DNA of 64,000 nt from Stegostoma tigrinum (GCF_030684315.1 NC_081396.1:3906001-3970000), one strand, 5' to 3'; positions 12,300 to 24,882 are shown, counted from the stretch's first letter. A program made the numbers and translations. Notes: generated from the sequence alone by a model not told the origin.

Positions 12300-13630
12300 T
12301 TAAAGTGAAGTTACGGGTGTCGAAATCATGGAGAATAATTGTGATATGTTTTAGGAAATCTGCATTAGATGAGTGGATGTTCTGTGTTGTCTTACGGTTC
12401 GGATGAAATGTACCCAGGGCTGTTGACAGAAGAAAAGGAGGAAATGGTTGAGGTGATGGCAATAATTTTAAAGTCATTTTTGGCCTCAGGGGATCTCCCA
12501 AATGGCTGCGGGTCAGTCAAAGTGTTATCACGGAGCAAAAGGGGGCAAAATATAAACCACAGAGTTGGGGGCAGTCAAACGCGGCACAGGCGCTGGAAAA
12601 ATGTTGGAAGCAATTCCAATAAACACAAATAATCTTCATTTGGAACAGTTTAATTAAAAGAAAAACTTGGCAAATTTTATTGAGTTGTAGCCATATCGAA
12701 CAAACATGTGGGAATTTTTCAAAGACTGACAATGTCGGGGGATGATAGCAAAACTAAGAGGCAATGGGATCTGAGGAAATTTGATTGCACCCAGAACTGG
12801 CTGAGTGTCAGGAATTGGAAGGTGATGGTCGTGAAGTGTTTTTGTGACTGGAGGTCGATGCCTCGTGGTGGCCCGTGGGTTTCAGCATAAATTTTGTTGC
12901 TGCTTGTGATGTCTACCAACAATTTGGGCTTTAATTTTGAAGATTTGACCAGACGTTTCGCAGATGGAATGAAAAGTTTTGAGTGGTAAGTATTGACCTC
13001 AAAAATTGCGCAGCATAGGAGATTTGAAAAAGAAAAGGGTAACTCGATGGGCTGATCATGACAAATAGACATCCTTCTGGGAAAGTGTGAGGTGATGCAT
13101 GCATGCTGAAAAAAAAAGTAAGGTTTGACATTGCAAGTAGTGGAATCCTGAGATACGCGAGATTTCTGCATGCCTACCTCTTGCTTATCACTCAGGGACT
13201 TGACAAAAAGTCACAGAGTCGTAGATGTATACAGTTTGGGAACAGACACTTCGTTTAAACACGTCCATTGTGAACAGATATCCAAAAGAATCTGACAACT
13301 TTTGCCAGCATTTGCTACATTTCCCTCTCAAGCCTTCCAGTTCTTGTACACATCCAGATAACTTTTTAATGTTGTAATTTTACTCCACCAGTTCCTCTGG
13401 CACCTCACGTGGTTCACATGTCTTCCTTTGCATGTCCCCTGCTCAATCTTGGCCTTCTCAACTTAAACCTTTGTCCTCTAAGCTTTGGACTCCCATATCC
13501 CAACGAAAACACATTGGCTGTTCACTATGTCCATATTCCTCACAATTTTCTAAACTTCTGTCAGGACTCTAGTCGTCGACTCTCCAGGGAAATTAATCTG
13601 ATCATATTCAGCCTTTCTCTGTAATTTAAA
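12300..13630. mobile_element. Decayed CR1 LINE ORF2 fragment (+) followed by a CR1 3' end (-) in the Cmu1-Cmu2 intron
   Basis: Remnants MYPGLLTEEKEEM and NWLSVRNWKVMV...FCDWRSMPRG; the 3' UTR-like tract starts near 13215. Confidence 0.7.
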
Positions 13631-13952
13631 TCATCCTCTCGTTTGGAGTGGAATGAATCATTCAGACAAGGGAGGAATTGGAGCTTAGTGCTTGAGGGTC
13701 ATGTCGAAGCTGCAACCCGAACAATATCAGAAGCTTTGAGGTAAATACTTGCATTGTCAAATCAACAAGGCAATCGATCCTGTGTTAGTAAATTGTATCA
13801 GAATAGTTGTGTAGTTTTCTTAGATTGGCATTTAATAGATGAGATGTAGGTCATCTCTCTTGTGCATTTGTGATTCTGTGAAAAGTGCAAAGAATCATGC
13901 CCTATTCACATAAAGCACACACATCTGTTTACCTGGTTTCCACAACACTTAC

Positions 13953-14249
13953 ATGGCATTCCAGTGCTTGTGTCGGATCCGCTGTGTCGAACCTCACAGA
14001 TAATTTTTTCGCATTCTGCCTCTGTTTCAGTGAGCACTAACTGACTGCTCAGGGTGTAAGTTCCCTTCTTGTTTCTCACCGATGGATATGTCATAACTCC
14101 AGTCGGAACTGGCTCCCCACCTTTCTTCCAGGTCACTTTGGTGGTGTCAGGAGAATAGTCCATCGCCAAACACCCAAAAATAACAGAACCGTCAGTGCTG
14201 TGGTGCTCACAGGAGGCTAGACCATAAAGTATCGGGGAAGACGGTGTCA
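13953..14249 (-). CDS. IGHM: IgM constant exon Cmu1 ([14 protein letters not shown]...[11 protein letters not shown]...W...[15 protein letters not shown])
   Basis: Acceptor TTCCCAG at 14250, donor T|GTAAGT at 13952, 297 nt, phase 1-1, C1-set Cys/Trp/Cys pattern. Confidence 0.96.
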
Positions 14250-14289
14250 CTGGGAAAGAATGCCAGATTAAGCAAATTAGACTCTGTTA

Positions 14290-14600
14290 ATTCATAGAAT
14301 CCTCACAGTGTGCGAACAGACCATTCAATCCAACACGTCTACACTGCCAGTCGGCAGGGCATCCTATCCAGAACCATTTCCATCCCCGAAAATCCGGAAG
14401 TTCACATGCCTAATCCACCAACTGTGCATCCCTCTGGGCATTGTGGGCAATTTTGAATGGTCATTCTAGCTCACCTGGACATCTTTGGACTGTGGGAGGG
14501 AATGGGAAAACCCTTTAGAAACATACGCAGATACGCTCAGAATGTGCAAATCCTGCACTGACAATTATCCGAGGTTGAAAGCGATCCCGGTTCTGATAGT
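14290..14600 (-). mobile_element. Shark HE1/V-SINE-like element, decayed
   Basis: Core-like CATCTTTGGACTGTGGGAGG...AGAATGTGCAAA and a CR1-derived tail. Confidence 0.65.
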
Positions 14601-14811
14601 GACGTAAAATCAGCTTATTTTTATTTCATGTTATTTGTTGATCTGTTATTTCGATCTCCAGAAACACGCCTTATACCTTGACCATTATGTTATCCATAAG
14701 GAATAAGAACACTCCAATCTCATCACAATTCAGTTTTGCAAGATTTTGCCAATTAGAAGATTGAAATTCATTTGGATTACAAGTGAATAGAGGAGACGTT
14801 AAACGAATTAA

Positions 14812-14977
14812 NNNNNNNNNNNNNNNNNNNNNNNNNNNNNNNNNNNNNNNNNNNNNNNNNNNNNNNNNNNNNNNNNNNNNNNNNNNNNNNNNNNNNNNNN
14901 NNNNNNNNNNNNNNNNNNNNNNNNNNNNNNNNNNNNNNNNNNNNNNNNNNNNNNNNNNNNNNNNNNNNNNNNNNNNN
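14812..14977. other. Assembly gap (166 N) inside the JH-Cmu1 intron
   Basis: Run of n in the sequence. Confidence 0.99.
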
Positions 14978-17469
14978 AGTGAGAGGGTCACAGAGACAGA
15001 TAGATTTTCATGGTTCATTTACCAGGTCTACATTTCTCAATCAAGAAACTTGTGTGAATGATCAATTGCCTTGTCCTTTCTATGATTGCTCTTGTGGAAG
15101 GAAGTTCACTGGAATTGATCACCTCATACTACCTCAGATTCGCCATGCGCCCCAAGAATTTTAAAGTGACTGTGCTTCAGAAGTAACTGTGTAAGTCGTA
15201 CTTACAGTATTATAATAAAACAGTCATAAAAAAAGATGATGGAGGAATATGAAGCGTCTTTTATGACTTGCTGGGTTGCGAGACTTGGAGTGAACCCTTT
15301 CCGACTGATCCCTGCCTGACATGATATAAATTTGATGTGTCTGAAAGGATATTTGTTCTTTGCCAGCCAATAAATTTCAATTTTTTCAACTTTAAAGTTA
15401 AGTTCCCAGGGCGGTTGCCAACATTAGAGCAACGTTTCCAGGACAGTGGTCAACACTGACTTGTGAGTCCATGAATTGCCTTGAATTCAGAAACGAAATG
15501 GGTTAGGCAGGGCCCTTCTTATTGTTTGATGCTGCCATTACACAGAATCTTGACTGATAATTCAATGTTCTTCCTATTTGAAAACCAGTTGGAAGACATA
15601 GATAATATAATGTTTGCAGTGGCTGCCCTCATGGGAGAGACTTTAATGTGCATCACAATACAAGTAATGAAAGGCAAATTGCTGCCCAGTGTGAAACAAA
15701 ATGTGGTCCACACATTCGTTGTTAATATTTGTACCTGTGATTCGAAACTGCTGTCAACAGAAGCTATCTTTGCCCTTTGCTAATTATCGATGGGGATGTG
15801 TGTGCCGTTGCATTCTTCCAACTTTATTGACCTTACAAAGCACATATTTACAGTTATGCTTGGACGGGAGTGGTAGGCCCAGAAATAACGTGAAAAAGCG
15901 GTAATATCGTTCAGCATAGAGATCAACTGCAATTGGTTGCGTTGTCTTTAATTTGCTGCCCCGTTCTTCTTAGTGGGAGAGGTCCTGGGCTCGAAATTTG
16001 CATGGGGATGGATTCTGGCCGTGTTTCGAGAGTGGAACCAGCAGAGAACCAACAACGGTCCCACTGCAATTGAAGTCAAGGAGTGAATATTGCATTTGAT
16101 AAATGGGATGCCAAACAAGTGCATTCATTCGTGCTGAATGGTGCAAAGCTTCTTCAGCGCGACTGAAGTTTCACTCATCCAGAAAAGTGGATACTGTCCC
16201 ATCACACTTCTGTCTCGTGCCTTCTTGGTGAGTAGGCGTTTGGGGATAGCAGATAAATTCCTTGCCGAAAATGTCTGGCCTCAGACCTATTCTTGGTACC
16301 ATATCATTTGCATCATAAATCATATTCATTTTTATTTCAAATGACAGCCCACAGCATGTTGATGATGTGGGATTCATCAATGATAATAACATTACCAAGA
16401 TAAATATTTGAAGTCAGTCTTCTGAGAGATGGAATATATTGGGCACAAATGCGTTTTGAAACTTATTTTCCATTGTGAAGGCAAGTCAGAATATTTTTTC
16501 TCAGACTAAGTTCATTGCAGCAGTGCCAAAAGAATCAGAGGACACGAGCTGTGAGTATCTATGTCACATTTGACCTCATGCCAATTATCTGCAAGCTTCA
16601 ACTGATAACGGGCAATTATCTGAATGCTGGAGGCTTCTGCAAATAAGCGCTCCTCCATTGAGAATCAGAGACTTTGGTGAACTATGGTCAGCTGCAAATT
16701 CTGCAGGAACGATTCAAAAAATTAACATATGCGCTTTAACTAACAAATTGACACCAAATTCACTGCAAAACTCTAATTTCTCAGTCTGACCTCCACTCCC
16801 TCTCATTCTGTCCTGAACCAACACTGACGTTGATAACCCCCACACTGTCACACAGCCATTCACTCTGAAGTGCTTGAGCGCATTCACACAATACTACACA
16901 TTCCAAGATAATCATTTACTCAGCTGGAGATGTACTCTCGATTCCTTACAATCCATTCCCGTTCTGCCAATCTGCAGATGGCCCATTTATATCTGTCCCT
17001 GACAGTACCTGTCACTATCATGGTATCCAACTCCCCAACACATGAGTTTAAGGCCTTGATCATTGAACACTCATCTTACCGAATCAAGCTGCGAACATTG
17101 CATCCCACCTCTCTTCTCATCCGTTGTTTACTGCCTGCCACTTTGCTAAACTGTGAGCTTTACATTGTGCATGATGCCCTCCTGCCAATTCATTGCTGTG
17201 ATCACCTACCACCCAAAACAGTCCCGCATACTGCTGACCTGTCAACTAGCCAGTCTGGCACTTGAGGCACCGACAATATTTCCACTAAAACGACCCCTCA
17301 CTTTACAAGTACCACTCAGCCAAGCTGGTTCCTCGGAATCATAGTCATCTGCCTGGATTCTAAACTGCCCAGCTACATGCATGCCAGCTCATGCACCAGC
17401 CACCCAACACATCAAAGCCGACCAGCTCACACGTTTTTCCCTCACTGTCTCACCACCTGAGAACATCGA

Positions 17470-18500
17470 GATGCTCCACATACCTATCACCCTCTGTTTG
17501 AAAAAGTTCCCCACGGGTCCCGTTTAAAGCTATCTCTGTTAACTTAAAACTATGGCATTTCGTTTTGATCTTCTCTGCAATGGAAAGAAAGGGTAACCTT
17601 TGCTATTCCCCTTATCTATTTCCCTCATGATTATAAAACCCTTTATAAAGCCACATATACCCCCTTTATAAATCTTCTAAAGTCACGAAATTAAAAGAAA
17701 CATCCAGAGCAAACAAGCACTTTCCATCTCTCAAAACCTGTAGTCTCATTTACATCCGGCAAATATTTTCTTGGTCTTTCTTCATTCCCAGGATTATTCA
17801 TGCAGCAGGGCAACAAAACCTTAACACTGTACTCCAAAAGTGGCCTCATTAATGTCGGGTACAGCCAATTGACTGTTGACTCTTGTACTCAACGCTCGAA
17901 CCAATGAACAAAAGCATGCCAAAAGCCTTCGTCACCACTCTATCGGTGATACCTCTTTCAAGGAACGATGTACCTGATCCCGAAGGTCCCTCTGTTTGAC
18001 AACAATCCCCAGTGCCCGACAAGAAACTGTGTAATTCATGCTCTGGTTTATCTCATCAAAATACAACAGCACTCATTCATCTCAGTTGGACTCTATCTGT
18101 CACTCCTCAGCCAATTGATCCTGCTAATCAAGATCCCTTTGATCATTTAGAAAATGCTGTTCATAGACCACTTTAAGACCCATTTTGTTGACACCACAAA
18201 CTTGTTAAACATTCATTGTTTTCAAGTTTCAACACCGAATATTGTGCCTTGTTCATATTTTCCCTCATAACCACGCTTTCCTTTAACAATTAATAAACTC
18301 TTTGAAAAAAAATCATGTTTTAGCCTCAATCACTTCCTTTGGCAGAATTTTCAAGAGGTTCCCCACGCTCCAGTTGATCAGTAAACAAATGAGTAAAATT
18401 TTATGAGGTGTTAGGAAGACTGTTGCACTCAAGAAATATCATGATCTCATGAATGGACAAACATTCTTAATGTGCCAAGAGACCTTCATCGGCCTCTAAT
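17470..18500 (-). mobile_element. Decayed CR1 LINE 3' fragments in the J-C intron
   Basis: Recurrent CR1 motifs (ACACTGTACTCCAAAAGTGGCCTC, CCAAAAGCCTTCGTCACCAC). Confidence 0.6.
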
Positions 18501-21500
18501 TAGTATCCTCACATTTTGTCTCGGCAGCACGTCCCAAAACTGTTGACGTTGAGGACACCGGACGGACAGGACAGCAAGTGCTTCACTTGAAACTTCACCT
18601 CCAAATCACACTTGGTTTCACTTGCAAATATTTCTCTGTCCCTTTCCTATTTCAGGACCACAATTTTTGAACTCACTTTCTAACAGAACTGTAGACCTAC
18701 AAATGCCACATGAAGCGTAACAATTCAAGTCGGCTGGTGCTTACAAAGTTCGCAAGGAGATGTAAGAGTTCTGACACTCCCAGGTAAGTCTAGAGACACA
18801 AATAACTATTCGACGGATTGAAATATATTTGAGGGACTTGTTGAGTGCCCATTCAGGGACCACGTGCCAAACGGCATCCTTCTGTGTGGTTTGGCTATGT
18901 TTTCACTGAATTAACAGAACTGTCTCTACATTATTTAATAGAAATGTAGGTTTCCTCATTTTAAACATTGTAACCATATGTTAATATTGCCTGGAATAAC
19001 GAAATATAGTGTTCCATTAAAATGGTCTGACGAACTTGATTGTGCTGTTAGAACTGGAAATTGTCAGAGGTTTAAAGTTGATTCTCATGATACTATTCGT
19101 CCTGAAACCACGGCTGCAGATTGGGTTACTCGCTTTCAATGATTATCTGATACTAAATATCACTGAACATTCTTAATTTACTATAACACATTTTCTCGAT
19201 GAACATCTGAAGTTGTTCCACTGACCATCGAGCATGTTTTCAACGAAAAATCAAAACAAACTGAATGTGAGAAGCCTGAAATAAAACCACAAATTACTGA
19301 AGAATCTCAGCCGGTCTGACAAATTCTGAGGAGAGAAAACGCAAAGATGATTTTTCGAGCACTCTTTAGCAAATTTTTTTCATGTTTTCTAGCATGGGAA
19401 CACACATCAATTCAGTTCGGCTTTGAGTAAGTTTGTTTGGCTTCTGCTGGAAAACGGATTTTTCCGAGAGGTAATGGGCAAACTGAGGTCTCAACGAAAG
19501 GTTGGCTGCAAATCTGCCACCATTTGCTCTCAGTGTTGGATTCAGCGGAAAATTCATCCTCCTGAACAGTCGAACTATTCTGATTAGGTCCTTTGTTGGT
19601 TTGATAAAAAATAAAACAGGCTGAACATTGTCACCTCAAGTATTCTTTGGAGTCTATTAATACGAGGATTTTTAAATTAATATTATTGATATAAGAGCAA
19701 GTCAAAAACTGGAATTTCTGTGGGGAGTAACTGAATTAACCCCACTAGCATCACCCAAATCCCAAGAGCAACGACTGCTTTTATTTAAATTAAATCGAAC
19801 ACCCCCAACGCCCCACACAATCCCAGCTACTGTGTAAGACAGGGACTGAATCAGGACTCTATTTCTGAAATTATGAAAACACCGACAGAAATTACAGTGT
19901 TTTTTATTCTCTGATTTAACCCATTTAGCGGTGGCATTATGTACCTCAGTAACAGATTGGAATTGAACACGGGCCACATATCTCAAATTCAGGGTCACCA
20001 CCACTGCACTGCAAGAGACCAGGATATAAAAGCTCGACACTATCTCGCACAACAGAGCCCACTTGTTTGACAGTACATAAACAATGTTATCTATGAACTG
20101 CTTTCAGCAACCAGGCATAGTTATAGAGTCTTTTCACGAATTTCAAAATTTATTCAAACGCTCTTTGATAGTCCTTCTGAAGTAGACAATTTCGACAAGA
20201 ACTACTGGAATAAAACTGAATAAAACTGGAATTGCATTGCGATAAATACATCGTCACGAGATTTTAACCTTGGGGAAGTCCCTTTCCAACAGAATCATGG
20301 GTGTTACTGCACCAGACTATCCGCTATAACTTAATAAAGAAAAATATTTTGAAGTGCACTTTTATCGTTAACAGTCGCACGAACAGCCCACGAAAGCTAC
20401 TCCTAGAAGAAGATGCAAAATAAATTCTGATTCTACGCTGTGCCACCTAGCTTGTCACGGAAAGCTGAGCGAGGAATAAAATTTACAACACGCTATTTCC
20501 ACTGCCTCACTCAATCAATCAGTTCACTCAATCAAAAAACTCCCAAGGCACACACATTATTGCTAAAATCGATTTCAAAAATCCTGCAGTAATATCTGAA
20601 TTATTAGCTCTGATTTTAGCGATTTGGTCATGGTTTTCATTTCTGAGGCGCCAATCAAATGTTATTTTATCGACAGATCAAAGCATTTTTGAAGCAATAG
20701 ATGAAATTCAACTGCTTCAAATACAGCAGACTGAACCAGACAACTTACAACGTTCAAGACCACAGATGCACTCTAATTTAACTTTCATAAAATAAATTAG
20801 TCAGAGCTAAGCAAAAATGTGAATGGGAATACATTCAAATAGATCAGAGATTACATTCTCCTTAAATAAACTTCATAAATCATCATGATAAACCAAATTT
20901 TGAGGTGAGAAATTTCACCAATTTAAGCAAAGCTCAAGAGGAAATAGATAATGTTCGAAATTAATTTTACGTATTTTTAAAAGAGTTCTTTATATTTGGA
21001 GATTTTGCACGCACTGTACAAAATCAATTTGCAATATATTGTGGAAAACAATTTCTGTCGAATAACTTAAGGTAAATATTTCCTGTCAGGGTTGCTTTGC
21101 AACGGATAGTTAGTTTTCTTGTGAACTGCTTTGCATGAATGATAAGTCTTCAACATGTATGAATTTAGAATATGTTTCTGCCGGGAGTTGCCTACTTTAC
21201 CTGATGTATAAATAAATGATCATCACACTGAACTAATGTGAACATTATTCTTCAGATAGCTAGTTGCATCAGTTGGTCAAGTATATGAATTAAAGTAAAT
21301 ATTACTCAATTTTATTGCTTGAAATATGCAATGTGTTCTAATCCACTGCAGTTAATTCTTCTGCAAAATGGTAAACTCTGCAGATGCCCCAACGCAATGG
21401 TATATAACACATTCTCTGCATTTGCAGCAAGTGTTCACACGATGAGTTCAAGCTTGGACAATTTTAATTCATACGAACTCTAACCTCGGCCACATAATCC

Positions 21501-22792
21501 CTGACATCAGTTGTGTCCAAATGAGTGACTTTTGAGTTGATGTGACGTTGTAAAACGAAACTCTATATATTTACACAACCTGAATTGGGAAAACATAGGA
21601 CACCATGCCAATTATTTCGCTCAGTAAAAATTTGTTTTTATTCCCACAAACATAGCTTAATCAGGGATATAACAATTAATTAAAACAAGTTGTTTGTGAA
21701 AATGATCAAAATAGTGAATTAGATCTGTTCTTCATCCAAGGGTTTGGAAGACTTAATGATTTGCCTTTGCCAATTATCTTTCCCAGCCATAAATCTTGTT
21801 TGTAATATATGACGGAATTGAAAGGTGATTGTTGATCAACGTTCTGGCATTTTTGCTCAATATCAATAATGAATAGAACAGTATATTATTGAAATTCTGT
21901 TCGTCTTTCTGTGTGACTTCTAAACTATGCAAGGAAAGATCTTACGATTGAAACAGCTGATTGCAAAGCATGGAATAGGTTATACTGCAACTATTACATA
22001 TCAGTAAAAAGTGCTCCACAGGTTATCTGTTTTTCCTCAATTTGCAAACCTTTGCCATCTGCCTTTCACCTAATATTTGGATTTCGGAAATTTCAACTCG
22101 AATGCGGGTTGCATTAGATTGGGAAACTGGAGAGTTCCATTTCGACAACCATGTAAACAATGCGAATTAGATGTAGAAATCAGAAATCGCTTCACAAATA
22201 TTACGACTTTGATGCCCCCAAGCATTTTCTCTTTTCAATAGAAGAAAAATTGCCAAATCACAACATTAAGGGAGAGGCGTGTGTTTGCAGCAGAAAAAGC
22301 TCCGCAGGCATTTTCAGCAGAACTGTAACATCACAGAAGAAATCTCAAATTGGGATCCATAAAAGCTGCTCACCATGAACCAGCTAATCATTAATTGAAA
22401 TACAAATAAGAAGCCAGAGCAGCAGCCTTGATTGCAAGGTGTCTTATGTAACAATATATAAAGCAAAACACATTTTTAAAATAAATTTTGAGCTGCATTT
22501 CAATTTATTTAAACCTGTTTATCAATTCTGTCATGTAAATTGTGAGCACTGAGCAGCACAGCAGCTAGATTCATCTATCGATTCATGACTTTAATGTCAA
22601 AACAAGATTAGTTTAATGAACGCATATTAGCACATTTTCATTGTGCATTATATTAACGTTATTCTCAGTTGTGAAAGTTGATCAATTCGACATTTTAAGA
22701 TGTAAGTTCCAGATTGCATTTATCTGAGGCTAGTAAGAACAGATTTTAATTATTTTACATTTAGACTGATTAAAAATAATCAATACACTAAA

Positions 22793-23015
22793 ATATCGAG
22801 GTGTGGAGCAGGATGAACACAGCAGGCGAAGAAGCATCATAGGAGCAGGACAGCTGATGTTACGGGCCAAGACCCTTCTTCAGAAATTTGAAGAAGGTTC
22901 CAGGCCAGAAACATCCGCTTTCCTGCTCCTATGATGCTGCTTGGCCTGCTGTGTTTATCCAGCTCTGCACCTTGCTATCTCAGATTGCCCGGTATATGCA
23001 GTTCCTACTATGTCT
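22793..23015 (+). mobile_element. Short palindromic Penelope-terminal-repeat-like element in the J-C intron
   Basis: Inverted arms around a centre near 22885, with degenerate hammerhead cores (CTGAAGA...GTAAC on the minus strand; TTGAAGA...GAAAC on the plus strand). Confidence 0.8.
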
Positions 23016-23313
23016 GACTGCACGAAAATGTTGTTTAGTTATGCCTTGAACCTTCCGTTTGTCTATGTTAAGTCTGTTTTCAGACAGTTGCAAATGGATA
23101 TAATGATTTCAGTCAACCAATGGCGCCAAATGAGTTCAACAAAAGCAGAAAAGATGCAGGAAAAGCAAAGAACTTCGCAAATTTTACTAATTAAATGTAA
23201 TCCAATTGGACAACATTATCAACAGGGAAATAAAGAAAGCACCAATTACAGAAAATCATGAAACCCATTTAAAACCCAGCTCTATTCCACAAAGTTAATG
23301 AAAATCCCAACTA

Positions 23314-23570
23314 CTCAATTCAACAGAGTCAAGTAAAACAGAATCAGAATTCAACATACTCAAAACAACAAATTCAACTGAAGGAGAAACAGAATGCAAT
23401 CAACTTAATTCAACAAAACCAAATAAAACAAATTCAGAATCCGAACAGCTCAATTCAACAGAATAAAGTAAAACAAACACAGAATACAATCAGCTGAAAT
23501 CAACTGACTGAAATTATTGACAATCATTTTAGTTGTTCAAACCTATCAACTCAAATCAACAGAATGAAAC
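23314..23570. repeat. Degenerate tandem array with 45-bp period, built from pentamer-like subunits
   Basis: Units beginning CTCAATTCAACA or variants at 23314, 23359, 23404, 23449 and 23494; partial unit at 23550. Confidence 0.85.
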
Positions 23571-24048
23571 GTCAAGAGAGAATCTAACGTGTTTATCATC
23601 AAGAAAATTAAAATTCTAAACCACAAAGTACAAGCACAACACAAATACAACATGTAGGAGAAATATATTGAAGAAATTGACAATAATGTTTTAGCATATT
23701 TTGTCAATGTTTGTTTTTCAACATTTTTAAATTCGTAAAGTTTGTTCTCACTGGCATTAATCATTGTTTAAACGTTGTATTGTTTAAGGAACTTTTTTTT
23801 TCAATTACCCCAGCTAAACACTATTGTCATCTGATAAAAATGAGACAACCGCCAAATAACTGAATCACTCACCAGCACTTTGTTTATTTCCTGGGACTTA
23901 AATGAATCTTATAATTACTTTGCAGAAAATACAATTGGAACAAAACTAAACTCAGGACAGAATCCGTGTATCATTTGAATCATGAATTAATCAAATGAAT
24001 AGACAGTTAACAAACATAACGGTTGATAAGAACGTTCAGGTTTCTTAC

Positions 24049-24095
24049 CTGAAGTCACAGTCACCATGGTTCCTTGTCCCCAGTATCCAAGTCGT
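24049..24095 (-). CDS. IGHJ: JH segment (RLGYWGQGTMVTVTS)
   Basis: WGQG motif, phase-1 donor CAG|GTAAGA at 24048, RSS immediately upstream. Confidence 0.97.
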
Positions 24096-24134
24096 CACAA
24101 TGTTACATTCCATGGACTGGGTCACACAGTAACT
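24096..24134 (+). other. JH 5' RSS (23-spacer)
   Basis: CACAATG 24096-24102, 23 nt, ACAGTAACT 24126-24134. Confidence 0.88.
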
Positions 24135-24461
24135 GCCTCTGCACAAAACAAACAAAAACTGTCATTATTTTAAGTCATCATAACTAGAGGCAAAACAAAA
24201 TCACAACAAATCTTCATTACGTTATAATTGTGCAAATGGAGTCTGCTCATTCTTGATAACAGATTCTAATATTTTACACTCCTTAGAATAACACATGAAG
24301 TGATTGTCAGTATCACCAACTAATTATCAATAATTATCGCCGTTTTCACAAATTAAACCGTGGTATTCAGTCATACCCCACAGAACTGATACTGCACCGA
24401 ACATTCAGATAGTTTGCAAAAAGTAATTACTGACCCAGTTCCTTACAATGAGAGATGAACG

Positions 24462-24489
24462 TGTTTATGTATTGATCATATTGGCTGTG
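24462..24489 (-). other. D2 3' RSS (12-spacer)
   Basis: CACAGCC 24489-24483, 12 nt, ACATAAACA 24470-24462. Confidence 0.85.
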
Positions 24490-24503
24490 CTACCCCAGTA
24501 GGT
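24490..24503 (-). CDS. IGHD: DH2 segment ACCTACTGGGGTAG (frames TYWG / PTGV / LLG*)
   Basis: 14 nt flanked on both sides by 12-spacer RSS, at the expected position between D1 and J. Confidence 0.9.
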
Positions 24504-24531
24504 CACTGTGAGATGCATGATATCAAATACT
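24504..24531 (+). other. D2 5' RSS (12-spacer)
   Basis: CACTGTG 24504-24510, 12 nt, TCAAATACT 24523-24531. Confidence 0.82.
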
Positions 24532-24844
24532 ATGGTGGGCTGTATACCGTAAAATGCAGATACCCATGTTCACTGAATCCTAAAAAAAAGAACTGGTTCA
24601 GCCTCCTCTAAAAATGATGCAGTGCAAAAGTGTAGATTTTACTTCCCATTGTATTTTTAAAGGAGCTTGCAATATAATTTCATGTTTGGTGTACATTTAA
24701 CGTGTCGGTCTATCGGAATAAAGCAGAGGAATTCTGTTCATTCCTACAAATGAGCTTTACTGGTCTGCATTTTAATTAAGTCTGATATTATTTGTCCCTC
24801 CTGCTATGGCCGTCGTCGCCAATTTGAACGAAACACTTGTAAGT

Positions 24845-24882
24845 GGTTTCTGAACGACGATGACATTGTTCACATCACTGTG
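24845..24882 (-). other. D1 3' RSS (22-spacer)
   Basis: CACAGTG 24882-24876, 22 nt, TCAGAAACC 24853-24845. Confidence 0.92.

Noticed and set aside
13927-13952. Alternative Cmu1 donor CAG|GTAAAC 20 nt downstream
   Set aside because: Wrong phase for Cmu2; the upstream GTAAGT donor is consensus and in frame.
14671-15061. ORFs spanning the N run
   Set aside because: Artefacts of the assembly gap.
23314-23478. Plus-strand reading of the 45-bp array as a mucin-like peptide repeat (LNSTESSKTESEFNI...)
   Set aside because: There is a stop in unit 4, no start or splice signals, and it is antisense within an Ig intron. It is also not CRISPR-like, having no unique spacers.
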